Origin: Candidatus Poriferihabitaceae bacterium
GTDB taxonomy: Bacteria > Pseudomonadota > Gammaproteobacteria > Arenicellales > Poriferihabitantaceae
NCBI GenBank assembly: GCA_965243285.1
Contig: OZ251537.1
Location: 2,713,484-2,777,483, forward strand
DNA: 64,000 nucleotides
Direction: 5' to 3'
The position numbers were made by a program, and so were the translations under genes. The notes below the pieces were generated by a model, which was not told where the DNA came from, did no database searches, and saw only the letters and a program-made list of their open reading frames with translations. This document shows, in pieces, positions 40,150-49,850 of the stretch (positions are counted from its first letter, which is position 1; the number at the start of each line of letters is the position of its first letter).

Positions 40150-41688
40150 GTGATGATACCCCATCGAACAAGCCGCGCTGGCGGGCGTAGCGGGCGCGCC
40201 GAATCCCGCCGCCGCGCGCCGGCCGCCGCGCCCTACATCACCCGCGCCCTGCCGCCCTATGAATTACTGAGCGACGAGGGCTTGACGCGCATCGAGCACC
40301 ACGCCGACGCCATCTTATGCGAGTTCGGCCTCGAAATTCGCGGCGACCCAGTGGCCCTCGATTTATTCCGCCAAGCCGGCGCCGACTTATGCGGCCAGCG
40401 GCTGAAATTCCCGCCAGGGCTGGTCAAGCACCTCGTACAACGCTCAACCCCGGCGCAATTCACCCACACGGCGCGCAATCCGGCGCGTTCGGTGAGAATC
40501 GGCGGCGCGCACACCGCGTTGGCGCCGGCCTACGGCTCGCCCTTCGTGCGCGATTTGGCCGGCGGTCGCCGCTACGGTACGCTGGATGATTTCCGCAACT
40601 TCGTCAAACTCGCTTACATCAACCCGCACTTGCATTATTCCGGCGGCACGGTGTGCGAGCCCTGCGACATCGCCGTAAACCATCGCCATCTCGACATGGT
40701 CTACGCCCACATGCGCTACTCGGATAAGCCCTTTATGGGCGCCGTCACCACCGCGCAACGCGCCGCCGAAGCCATCGCCATGTGCCGCTTGTTGTTCGGC
40801 GCCGACAGCGTAGCGCGCCGCTGCGTAATACTCGGCAATGTCAATGTCAACTCGCCGTTGGTGTATGACGGCATGGTGTCGCGGGTGATTCGCACCTACG
40901 CCGCGGCCGGCCAAGGCGTGGTCATCTGCCCGTTTATTCTCGGCGGCGCCATGGGGCCGGTCACGCCGGCGGCTGCCATCGCCCAAGCGCACGCCGAAGC
41001 CATGGTCGGCGTGGCATTAACGCAGTTGGTGCGCCCCGGCGTCGCCGCCATCTACGGTAATTTTTTGACCACTATGTCGTTGCGCTCCGGCGCCCCGACC
41101 TTCGGCCAGCCGGAAGCCATGTTGGCGTATATGGCGGTCGGCCAGTTGGCGCGACGGCTCGGCGTGCCGTTGCGCTGCGGCGGCGCCTTCACCGCGTCGA
41201 AAACCGGCGACGCCCAAGCGGCCCAAGAGAGCGCGCAATCGCTATTGCCGGCGCTGCTGTCGGGCGCGAATTTTGTGCTGCACGCCGCCGGCTGGCTGGA
41301 AGGCGGCCTCACCATGGGCTATGAAAAATTCATCCAAGACGCCGACCGCTGCGGCATGATGGCGAAAATGATGCGCGGTTTATCGCTGGAAGCCGAAGAT
41401 TTCGCCCTCGATGCCTACCGCGAAACCGCCCACGGCCAACACTTTCTCGGCGCCGCCCACACCATGCGCCACTACGCCACCGCCTTCTACGAATCCCCCA
41501 TCGCCGACAGTAATTCCTACGAACAATGGCACGCCGAAGGTGAACTCAACGATGAACAACGCGCCCACGCGATATGGCAACGGCAACTCAAAGAGTATCA
41601 AGCGCCAGCCATAGACCCGGCCATCGACGAGACGCTGTTGGATTACATGGCGAAGATAAAAGCCAGCCGAAAAGCGATGTGGTATTGA
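40150..41688 (+). CDS. MttB-family (trimethylamine methyltransferase-like, no in-frame amber) methyltransferase
   Basis: Full-length similarity to the MttB superfamily as I recall it, and paralogous to 48330-49850. No internal TAG. Confidence 0.8.
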   Translation: MMIPHRTSRAGGRSGRAESRRRAPAAAPYITRALPPYELLSDEGLTRIEHHADAILCEFGLEIRGDPVALDLFRQAGADLCGQRLKFPPGLVKHLVQRSTPAQFTHTARNPARSVRIGGAHTALAPAYGSPFVRDLAGGRRYGTLDDFRNFVKLAYINPHLHYSGGTVCEPCDIAVNHRHLDMVYAHMRYSDKPFMGAVTTAQRAAEAIAMCRLLFGADSVARRCVILGNVNVNSPLVYDGMVSRVIRTYAAAGQGVVICPFILGGAMGPVTPAAAIAQAHAEAMVGVALTQLVRPGVAAIYGNFLTTMSLRSGAPTFGQPEAMLAYMAVGQLARRLGVPLRCGGAFTASKTGDAQAAQESAQSLLPALLSGANFVLHAAGWLEGGLTMGYEKFIQDADRCGMMAKMMRGLSLEAEDFALDAYRETAHGQHFLGAAHTMRHYATAFYESPIADSNSYEQWHAEGELNDEQRAHAIWQRQLKEYQAPAIDPAIDETLLDYMAKIKASRKAMWY

Positions 41689-41805
41689 TGGGTTTGAGTT
41701 TAAATTTAAGGTTGAGTTAACAAAAAAACACTCGACTCGCATCGGGCGTTTTTTGTTTTTTGGTATTGAGAAAATCTTACCGCTAATCGGGGTTTATCTT
41801 AGTTA

Positions 41806-42873
41806 TTAATGCCTGATGGTTTCGAACAAAATTCCATGCCGGTAAACTTCAGTTTTGCGAGTTACTACATACCCAATCTTGCGTGTCACCTCCCAACGCC
41901 CATGCTTTTGGTTATTTCTGTAATTTCCTGCCCTTATTTCTCCATTTGTATCAGAGAAAATATCTACCTCATTCCACTTTCCATCCTTTTTATCGTTTTT
42001 ATAATTGCCTTGATAAGTGCAACGTTCAAATTCGCATACAAGTACCGAATGCCCATTTTTTTTACCGCCTTTGAAATTAGCCACAAATATTTTTTCACGA
42101 CCAAAGTCAAACGACCATTCACCACATTTTTTGCCATTTAGTATATAGCCACTTTCTGCAATCCCAAATCTATTCTTTTCTACCCATTCACCATGAGATT
42201 CGCAACGAATGTCACTATCTCGTCCAGTAGAAACCGTGCTATTTCTCGATTCATCACGCCGACCACCCGAACCAAGTTGTTCAGATCTAATATATCCACT
42301 AGTGATTGCTGCCAATCGGTCCCGCTTGGCCGGATGAGTTCGAGATCCGTAGTCGCTACCGATGGTATTCATTGCCACTAACGCATCGTTCAAACTGCCG
42401 CCAATTTTTTGAATCATCGCCCCTGAATACTCATCCGCCTCTAGCTCTGTGGAAGGTCGGCTCCCCCCATCCTCCAAAGTATGGCCTTGCAAGTGATGGC
42501 CTATTTCATGTGCCATTATGCTAATCGCCGCCCACTTGCTGCCGGTTCTACTTCGCATATCTCGCATGAAGCGCTGGTTATACAAAATGTAACGTTTACC
42601 GAATCGCACCGCCGCCGCCGCATTCGGCACCCCGGCGGCGTGGATTTTAAAATTCGGTCGCAATCCGGAGTGATCCAAAATATCGGCGATAATTTTCTCC
42701 GCTTCCGCATCCGAACGAAAAGAGGTCACGCTATATGGCATAGATTCGCCAAAATAACTGCACGAATCGCCGACGGCAATGCTTTCATACTGCGCCCATG
42801 CTGGGAGCATAGTTCCCGCCAATCCAATTGCCGTCAACATTGAAATCAACCGCCTGTACTTTATGTGTTTCAT
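41806..42873 (-). CDS. Secreted M48-like Zn-metalloprotease domain fused to C-terminal MORN-type repeats
   Basis: Signal peptide MKHIKYRRLISMLTAIGLAGTMLPAWA. HEIGHHLQGH...ELEADEYSG...RTHPAKRDR has M48-like spacing. Repeats follow (GKKNGHSVL, KKDGKWNE, QKHGRWE). AT-rich. Confidence 0.6.
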   Translation of the reverse strand: MKHIKYRRLISMLTAIGLAGTMLPAWAQYESIAVGDSCSYFGESMPYSVTSFRSDAEAEKIIADILDHSGLRPNFKIHAAGVPNAAAAVRFGKRYILYNQRFMRDMRSRTGSKWAAISIMAHEIGHHLQGHTLEDGGSRPSTELEADEYSGAMIQKIGGSLNDALVAMNTIGSDYGSRTHPAKRDRLAAITSGYIRSEQLGSGGRRDESRNSTVSTGRDSDIRCESHGEWVEKNRFGIAESGYILNGKKCGEWSFDFGREKIFVANFKGGKKNGHSVLVCEFERCTYQGNYKNDKKDGKWNEVDIFSDTNGEIRAGNYRNNQKHGRWEVTRKIGYVVTRKTEVYRHGILFETIRH

Positions 42874-42960
42874 TTTTTTACTAATAATTAGAATTTTATA
42901 GCAGATATGCCCAATCACTTTATTAAAGTCAACGCCACTTTCATAAGATCATGTACACAC

Positions 42961-43047
42961 GCATGGGCAAAAAAAGGCAGCCGGGGGAATATGCATCTGG
43001 TGATGCATATTCAGAGGAACGCAATGGGCAACTTTCCCAACCGCAGA
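42961..43047. repeat. Copy 1 of an ~88-nt hairpin-containing element (between the DUF3800 stop and the protease start)
   Basis: About 88 percent identical by eye to 43858-43945. The central perfect palindrome is GAATATGCATC-TGGT-GATGCATATTC. Confidence 0.85.
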
Positions 43048-43066
43048 CACGGGTTGCGATTAAATT

Positions 43067-43837
43067 TCATCTAATCTGTTTGTTTTTCATTATCGGCGGG
43101 GGGGTTATGCATGCCAAACACATGCACTTTGGGTCGTGTTTTTGTTTGTGGGATAGGCCGTGGATAACGCCGTCGGCTTGGTCAAATTTTGATGCGATTA
43201 CATCGAAGTAGTGGGTGTCTTTGGCGTTGTAGCGGCGGAATACTGCATAGGCCACATGGTCGGCGAGTTGCACCACGCGCGAGGCGTGGGAATCTACGCA
43301 CAGGGTTATGTCGGCGATGTAGCGAATCGCGCCCGATTGGGTGCCATGGGCGCGAAAATCCTGCGTCATATTCCGCAACAATGGGGCGTAGGAACATTCA
43401 TCGATAATCAACAGCCCGCGTTGCTGGTCGCCGTCGTTGTTAAGGCGTCTGAGATAAAGATCAAAACGATTGACGATTTCTTCGAACGCCACCGCCATGG
43501 AGTTTTGCTCCGGGAATGATGCCTTGTGCACGGCGCACGCAAAAGCGCGCACGGAAGCATGCGATTCGCGCAATACATCGAGTACGGATTTGATAACTAA
43601 CTGCGCTGCTGGGCGCTCCAACCCGCCCCATACGGTGTTCCGGCGGCGTGAGAAAATTTCCGATGCGTGGAATTCAACGCCGTGCGGATCTTGCGGGCAA
43701 ATACCTTCGGCGAGGTGATCTAATTTTTGCGTGAGGTGATGTACTTGCGCTTCGAATACCGACACCCCGCCGAGAACAAGATAATCTTCCCTAGGGTTGC
43801 TTACCGAACCAGAGTCGTCTAAATAGAGTATGTGCAT
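43067..43837 (-). CDS. DUF3800-family protein
   Basis: MHILYLDDSGS N-terminus, EFHASEIF, LIIDE and VQLADHVAYA match my recollection of DUF3800. An AAGGA RBS lies 8 nt upstream. Confidence 0.7.
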   Translation of the reverse strand: MHILYLDDSGSVSNPREDYLVLGGVSVFEAQVHHLTQKLDHLAEGICPQDPHGVEFHASEIFSRRRNTVWGGLERPAAQLVIKSVLDVLRESHASVRAFACAVHKASFPEQNSMAVAFEEIVNRFDLYLRRLNNDGDQQRGLLIIDECSYAPLLRNMTQDFRAHGTQSGAIRYIADITLCVDSHASRVVQLADHVAYAVFRRYNAKDTHYFDVIASKFDQADGVIHGLSHKQKHDPKCMCLACITPPPIMKNKQIR

Positions 43838-43857
43838 GGCTTAAGTCCTTATGCAAT

Positions 43858-43945
43858 GCATGGGCAAAAAAAAGGCAGCCGGGTGAACATGCATCTGATG
43901 ATGCATGCTCAGCGGACCGCAATGGGCAGCCCTCCCAACCGCAGA
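43858..43945. repeat. Copy 2 of the ~88-nt hairpin-containing element (about 20 nt upstream of the DUF3800 start)
   Basis: Direct repeat of 42961-43047. The hairpin is GAACATGCATC-TGAT-GATGCATGCTC, with one compensated pair relative to copy 1. Confidence 0.85.
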
Positions 43946-44109
43946 GGCGAGTATGGGGTGGGGTGTGGGGGGATGTCAAGAGGAAATTGGGGGTAAATTA
44001 GGGTTTTTGGGCTTAAAATTCGGTTTTATCCCTAAAATTTCAGTTTATGTCGTAAATTTGTTCATTATTTATGCTAATTATTCTTAAATCTTCCGTCTAA
44101 TCTCCCGTC

Positions 44110-46539
44110 ATGACCACTCCCCTCCCCTCGCACGCTCGGGTCGTTATCATCGGCGGCGGCGTGGTCGGTTGCAGCATTTTGTTTCACCTTGCCAAGTTGG
44201 GGTGGCGGGATGTGGTATTGCTGGAGCGGGGGGCGCTGGCTTGCGGCTCGTCATGGCATGCCGCCGGCATGATTCACACCATTAGTTCGGACCCGAACAT
44301 CTCCAAACTGCAGGGCTATACCATCGAGTTGTATGCGGAGGTGGAGCAGTTGTCGGGGCAGTCGGTGGGGCATCAGCAAACCGGCGGTTTTTATCTCGCT
44401 TCGACTCCTGAGCGGCTGGATTATCTCAAGCAAGAGCGCTCCAAAGCGCGCTATATGGGGCTCGAGCAAGAGTTCGTTTCGTTGCGCGAGGTGGCGGAAA
44501 TGCACCCGTTAATCGAGCCGAAACATTATCTCGGCGCGCTGTACGACCCGCTGGACGGACACATCGACCCCAGCGGCGTCACCCTCGCCTACGCCCGCGC
44601 CGCGCAGGCGCTCGGGGCAAGTTATCACTGCGACACGCCGGTGCAAACAACCCGTCAGCGCGCCGATGGCAGTTGGGATGTGGGCACCGCGCGCGGCCGC
44701 GTAAACGCGCAGATTTTGGTGAACGCGGCCGGGCTGTGGGCGCGCGAGGTCGGGCATCTGGCCGGGGTGAATCTGCCGGTGGCGCCCATGGAGCATCAAT
44801 ATCTCATCACCGAGCCCATCGCCGAGATAGAACGCGCGACCACCACCCTGCCCTGCGGCGTGGATTACGAATCCAACTTATATTTTCGCCAGCAGGGTGA
44901 TGGGTTATTGCTCGGTACTTATGAGCCGCAGGCGAGGCCATGGATGCCCGCCGCCACGCCGCAGGATTTCGGCCAGGAATTGCTGCCATCCGACCTCGAC
45001 CGTATCGCCGGCCAGTTGCAACTCGCCTTCGAGCGCATTCCGGCCTTGGCGCGCGCCGGCATCAAAAATGTGGTGTGCGGCCCCTTCACCTTCGGGCCCG
45101 ATGGCAACCCCATGATCGGCCCCGTGCCGGGCATGAAAAACTACTGGGCCGCGGTGGGGGTGATGGCGGGCTTCTGCCAAGCCGGCGGCGTCGGGCTGTG
45201 TTTGGCGCAGTGGATGATAGACGGCGAGCCGGCGGTGGATGTGGCGGCTATGGACATCGCCCGCTTCGGCGCGTACGCCACGCATGAATACGGCGCCATC
45301 AAGGCGGCGGAAAACTACACCCGGCGCTTCCAAATCAGTTATCCCAACGAGGAATTACCGCTCGGCCGGCCGCAAAAAACCACCGCGTTATACGACCGGT
45401 TGCGCGCCCAAGGGGCCGTGATGGGGGTCAGTTTCGGGCTCGAACACATGTTGTGGGGCGCTGATTCCGCGGCCGATGCGGTGGAGATTCCCACCTTGAG
45501 ACGCGCCAACTCCTTCGCCGCCGTGGCCGCTGAAGTACGCGCCGTGCGCACTGCAGTGGGCGCGGTGGAAATCGCCAATTTCGCCCAGCATGAATTCAGC
45601 GGCCCCGGCGCTGCCGCCTTTCTCGACCACATGTTGGCGGCCAAATTGCCGCCAGTCGGCCGCCTCGCCCTCACCCCCATGCTCACCCCCAAGGGGCGGC
45701 TGTATGGCGATTTATCGGTCGCCCGGCTTGGCCACCAGCGCTTCATGTTGTTCGGCTCCGGCGCCGCCCAAGAGATGCACCGCCGCTGGTTCGAGCAGCA
45801 TTTGCCGGCCGACGGCAGCGTCCGCTACCGCCATGCGTCCGATGACTATCACGGCATCGCCATCGCCGGCCCGCAATCGCGCCAGTTGCTGACGCGCATC
45901 ACCCGCCTTGATGTTTCCACCGAAGCATTTCCCTTTCGCGCCATCCGGGCGGTAGCAGTAGGCGGCATTCCGGCGCTGCTGGCGCGCATCTCGTTCTCCG
46001 GCGAGCTCGGTTATGAAATCTACTGCGCCCCGCCCTATCAGTTGAAATTGTACCAATCCATCTGCGCCGCCAGTGAGGATTTGGGCTTGCGAATGTACGG
46101 CGCCCGCGCTTTGATGTCGCTGCGGTTGGAAAAAAACTGGGGCGCCTGGGGGCTGGATTATCGCCCCGATTTCACCGCCGAGGAGGCCGGTTTAAGTCAT
46201 TTTATTGATTTTAACAAAGCCGATTTCATCGGTCGCGCCGCGGCCTTCGAAGCCCGTCGCCACGGCGCCGCCAAAACACTCGTGGCCCTCAGCGTACAAG
46301 CCGATGACGCCGACGCCCACCGCGACGAAGCCATCTTCCATAATGGTGAATGCATAGGCTTCGTAACCTCCGGCGGCTACGCCCACCACTGCCAACTCAG
46401 CCTGGCACTGGGCTATGTACCCACGGAATTGGCGAGTCACGGCGCACAATTCGAGGTCGAAATGCTCGGCGAACTGCGTCCGGCCAGGTTGCTGGCAAAA
46501 CCACCCTATGACCCCACCGGCGATAAAATGCGGGCGTGA
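44110..46539 (+). CDS. Dimethylglycine/sarcosine dehydrogenase-like FAD oxidoreductase with a C-terminal GcvT (aminomethyltransferase) domain
   Basis: VVIIGGGVVGCS...GSSWHAAG FAD motif. About 800 aa, with a folate-binding T-protein-like C-terminal half (ISFSGELGYEIY). Confidence 0.85.
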   Translation: MTTPLPSHARVVIIGGGVVGCSILFHLAKLGWRDVVLLERGALACGSSWHAAGMIHTISSDPNISKLQGYTIELYAEVEQLSGQSVGHQQTGGFYLASTPERLDYLKQERSKARYMGLEQEFVSLREVAEMHPLIEPKHYLGALYDPLDGHIDPSGVTLAYARAAQALGASYHCDTPVQTTRQRADGSWDVGTARGRVNAQILVNAAGLWAREVGHLAGVNLPVAPMEHQYLITEPIAEIERATTTLPCGVDYESNLYFRQQGDGLLLGTYEPQARPWMPAATPQDFGQELLPSDLDRIAGQLQLAFERIPALARAGIKNVVCGPFTFGPDGNPMIGPVPGMKNYWAAVGVMAGFCQAGGVGLCLAQWMIDGEPAVDVAAMDIARFGAYATHEYGAIKAAENYTRRFQISYPNEELPLGRPQKTTALYDRLRAQGAVMGVSFGLEHMLWGADSAADAVEIPTLRRANSFAAVAAEVRAVRTAVGAVEIANFAQHEFSGPGAAAFLDHMLAAKLPPVGRLALTPMLTPKGRLYGDLSVARLGHQRFMLFGSGAAQEMHRRWFEQHLPADGSVRYRHASDDYHGIAIAGPQSRQLLTRITRLDVSTEAFPFRAIRAVAVGGIPALLARISFSGELGYEIYCAPPYQLKLYQSICAASEDLGLRMYGARALMSLRLEKNWGAWGLDYRPDFTAEEAGLSHFIDFNKADFIGRAAAFEARRHGAAKTLVALSVQADDADAHRDEAIFHNGECIGFVTSGGYAHHCQLSLALGYVPTELASHGAQFEVEMLGELRPARLLAKPPYDPTGDKMRA

Positions 46540-46686
46540 TGGCGGCAATGCTCGGGGGTTGATTTTGGCTTTGGCTTTAACTTTTGGCCTTTCGCTTTAT
46601 CCTTACAAATCTTCACCCCAACAGATGCAAAAAGAAGTGAACAGCAACAGCCCCCCTCACCAATCCCGCCCTACTCCGAATCCCTT

Positions 46687-47370
46687 ATGCCCTCGCCCGC
46701 CCGCCCGCCGGCCACCCATATTTTGTTCGATATGGATGGCGTATTGCTCGATACCGAGCCGATTTATACCGAAGTCACCGCCAAAATAGTGGCGCAGTTC
46801 GGCAAAACCTACGACTGGAGCGTCAAAAGCCACATGATCGGCCGCCCAGCGTTGGATGCGGCGCGTTATTTGGTGCAAACCTTAGATTTGCCCATCAGCG
46901 CCGAGGACTATTTGGCGCAGCGCGATGCCATGTTGCAGCGCGGTTTCGCGACTTGTTCCGCCATGCCCGGCGCCGAGGCCTTGGTGAGACGCCTGCACGG
47001 CGGCGGCGTGCCCATGGCGGTGGCGACCAGTTCATCGCGCCCCATGGTGGCGATAAAAACCGCCCGCCACGCGTGGTTCGACTTATTCACCGCCGTGGTG
47101 AGCGGCGATGACGCAGCGGTGGCCCACGGCAAGCCGGCGCCGGATATTTTTATCGAGGCCGCGGCCCGCATCGGCGCGCCGCCGGCATCTACGCTGGTAT
47201 TCGAAGATTCCCCGGCCGGGCTGGCCGCAGGAATCGCCGCCAACATGCGCGTAATCGCCATCCCCGACCCGCATATGGACAAAAATCGCTACCCGGGGGC
47301 GGATTTAATCATCGCTTCGCTGGCGGATTTTTCGCCGGCGGATTATGGCTTGCCGGTGGCCGAGGAATAA
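46687..47370 (+). CDS. HAD-superfamily hydrolase (beta-phosphoglucomutase-like subfamily IA)
   Basis: ILFDMDGVLLDTE, VATSS and GKPAPDIF...FEDSPAG. Confidence 0.85.
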   Translation: MPSPARPPATHILFDMDGVLLDTEPIYTEVTAKIVAQFGKTYDWSVKSHMIGRPALDAARYLVQTLDLPISAEDYLAQRDAMLQRGFATCSAMPGAEALVRRLHGGGVPMAVATSSSRPMVAIKTARHAWFDLFTAVVSGDDAAVAHGKPAPDIFIEAAARIGAPPASTLVFEDSPAGLAAGIAANMRVIAIPDPHMDKNRYPGADLIIASLADFSPADYGLPVAEE

Positions 47371-47381
47371 CGCCGCCGGCC

Positions 47382-48125
47382 TCAAATCAACGCCGCTTCG
47401 GTGGTTTTTTGGCGCGCTAACGGCAGGGCGTCTTGGAGGTCTACGGCGCCGGAAAATAGCGCCCAGCCGATGACCACGCCGGCGATGTTGGGCAGTTGGG
47501 ACAGCATGGATACATCGTCCAAATTGCGCACCGTGCCGCTGGAAATCACCGGGCAATCCAATTCGGCGGCGATGTGCGTGGTGTTCGCCATGCTGCTTTC
47601 GGGCAATTCATCATAGCGGTCGATGTCGGTGTAGATGATGCCGGCGGCGCCGCTGCGCTCGAATCTTTTCGCCAACTCCAAGGCGCTGAAAGTGGACACA
47701 TGCTTCCAGCCGTGCGATACCGCCCGCCCGTCGCGGGCATCGATGCTGATGATGATGCGGTCGGGGTGATGCGCGCACACCTCCTGCACCAGCCGTTGGT
47801 CGAACACGGCGGCGGTGCCCATCACCACCCGCGCCGCGCCGTCGTTGAACCAGCCATCGATGACGCTGGCCGAGCGGATGCCGCCGCCGACCTGCACCGG
47901 AATGTTCGAATCGCGGATGATCTCGCGGATGATGTCGGCGTTGTTGCGGTCGTTTTCAAACACGCCGTCCATGTCGATGATGTGCAGCCACTCGGCGCCG
48001 GCGCGTTCGAATTTCCGCGCCGCTTGCTGCGGCGTGATGTCAAAAATGGTCGGGTTTTCGATGCTGCCGTGCTTGAGATTCACGCACTGGCCGTTGTGCA
48101 GTTCGATGTCCGGATAAATAATCAT
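47382..48125 (-). CDS. HisA/HisF-family (ProFAR isomerase-like) TIM-barrel protein
   Basis: IIYPDIELHNGQCVNLKHG, VQVGGGIRS and GIIYTDIDRYD. It sits among methyl-group catabolism genes rather than his genes. Confidence 0.75.
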   Translation of the reverse strand: MIIYPDIELHNGQCVNLKHGSIENPTIFDITPQQAARKFERAGAEWLHIIDMDGVFENDRNNADIIREIIRDSNIPVQVGGGIRSASVIDGWFNDGAARVVMGTAAVFDQRLVQEVCAHHPDRIIISIDARDGRAVSHGWKHVSTFSALELAKRFERSGAAGIIYTDIDRYDELPESSMANTTHIAAELDCPVISSGTVRNLDDVSMLSQLPNIAGVVIGWALFSGAVDLQDALPLARQKTTEAALI

Positions 48126-48329
48126 GCCGGTTTCCTCAGCGAGGTGTTTTTATGTGATGGCTCGGCATGATACTGCGTACGCCGCTGTTGGGCAAGGGCG
48201 ATGGGGAGGGGATTCCCGCGATTCGTCGGCGCTGGCTGGCGACGCTTGGAAATCCGCCCGATGCGCATGGATTTAATTGCATCGACTCGGTGGATTTGAT
48301 CGAATCCATCGAATCCATCGCCGCCGCCT

Positions 48330-49850
48330 TCACCACTGCGGCTTAATGTCCTCACGGCGACGGGCGATATGCGCCTCGAGTTGTTCTGCGATGGCGGCCT
48401 CGAGCGGCGGCGGCGCATATTGGGCGAGAATTTGCTTATATAAAACATGGGCGCGTTGGGCGGCGGTTTTTTCGCCGTTTTCTTGCCAGGTTTCGAAATT
48501 GCTCCAATCGGCGACAATGGGCGCGTAAAAGGCGTTTTGATAGCGCTCCATAGTGTGCTGGGTGCCGAAAAAATGCCCGCCGGCGCCCACTTCTGCTATC
48601 GCATCCAAGGCCAGATTTTCTTCCGTGACGGCGATCGGTTGCAGCGTCTCGGCCATCATCTGCACCATTTCCATATCGATGATGAGTTTCTCAAAGGAGG
48701 CGCACAACCCGCCCTCCAACCAGCCGCCGCTGTGCTTGATTAAATTGCCGTGCCCCATCACCGCGCCCCACAGCGACATCTCGGATTCCCAGGCCGCTTG
48801 CGCATCGACGCAATTCGCCGCATTGACATTCGAGGTGCGATAAGGCAGGCGATAGCGCCGCGCCAACTGCCCGCCGGCCAGCGCCGCTTTGGTGTATTCC
48901 GGCGTGCCGAAGGCCGGGGCGCCGGATTTCATATCCACATTGGAAGTGAAACCGCCATACATCACCGGCGCCCCGGGTTGCACCATTTGAATATAGGCAA
49001 TGACCCCCAACGCCTCGGCGTTTTGCTGCGCCAACGCCCCGGCCAGGGTGATCGGGCTCATGGCGCCGGCTAAAGTAAACGGCGTGACGATGACCGGCTG
49101 GCCGTGCTGCGCCATCAGCGTGGCGCCGTCTAACATCGGCTTATCCACCTTCAGCGGCGAATTGGTGTTGACCACGGTGATGATGCTCGGCTCGCGCCGC
49201 AGTTGCGCGTCGTCTATGCCGCGGGCGATGCGCGCCATGGCGATGCCATCCTCCACCTTGCCGCCGCCGAGGCTATACACATGCCACGGTTTTTCGGTGA
49301 GGGTGATATAGGCCGCATAGGCATCGAGGTGGCGGGTGTGCACCGGCAGGTCGGTGGGCTCCACCGGATAGCCGGCCATCAGCGATAGGGCGTTGAAAGT
49401 TTGCCCGAGGCGCAAAAAATCGCAAAAATCCGCGTAATTGCCGCTGCGCCGCCCGCCAGCCAAATCCGAGCAATTTGGCGGGCTGGAGACGATGCCAAAA
49501 TTGATGAAATTGTCGCCGTAGGTGGCGTTATAAATCGGGTTGCGCGCGTGCAGGGTGAATCGCGGCGGCGCCAGCGCGACTTTTTCCATCACCAACTCCC
49601 GCGCCATGCGCACATAGCCGGTGGCGGGGTCTATCTCGGCGCCGTGCTCGACCATCAACGCTTGCGCTTGCGGGCTGACTATCTGCAACCCGATACGCTC
49701 CAAAATGCGCATGGAGCCATCGTGAATCAACTCCAACCCCTCCGCACTCAGCGTTTCGATGGGCGGATAGGGATTCCGCAGCTGCCGCAACGGCGGTTGG
49801 TGCAGCGAAAATTCGGGGCGAGTGCGATTGCGACCGGCGCGTTTTGGCAT
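48330..49850 (-). CDS. MttB-family methyltransferase (second paralogue)
   Basis: Collinear with 40150-41688 (ETLSAEGLELIHDGSMRILERIGLQI ...). The ORF opens at 50129, but the upstream extension is repeat-derived (KPSTKPSTKPST), so the Met at 49850 was chosen. Confidence 0.8.
   Translation of the reverse strand: MPKRAGRNRTRPEFSLHQPPLRQLRNPYPPIETLSAEGLELIHDGSMRILERIGLQIVSPQAQALMVEHGAEIDPATGYVRMARELVMEKVALAPPRFTLHARNPIYNATYGDNFINFGIVSSPPNCSDLAGGRRSGNYADFCDFLRLGQTFNALSLMAGYPVEPTDLPVHTRHLDAYAAYITLTEKPWHVYSLGGGKVEDGIAMARIARGIDDAQLRREPSIITVVNTNSPLKVDKPMLDGATLMAQHGQPVIVTPFTLAGAMSPITLAGALAQQNAEALGVIAYIQMVQPGAPVMYGGFTSNVDMKSGAPAFGTPEYTKAALAGGQLARRYRLPYRTSNVNAANCVDAQAAWESEMSLWGAVMGHGNLIKHSGGWLEGGLCASFEKLIIDMEMVQMMAETLQPIAVTEENLALDAIAEVGAGGHFFGTQHTMERYQNAFYAPIVADWSNFETWQENGEKTAAQRAHVLYKQILAQYAPPPLEAAIAEQLEAHIARRREDIKPQW

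Noticed and set aside
42961-43945. The 88-nt repeats as integron attC sites delimiting a gene cassette
   Set aside because: There is no integron integrase or attI nearby. I could not find the inverse-core/core (RYYYAAC...GTTRRRY) pairs at the ends, and the symmetry is limited to one central hairpin. It is kept as an unexplained element rather than called an attC site.
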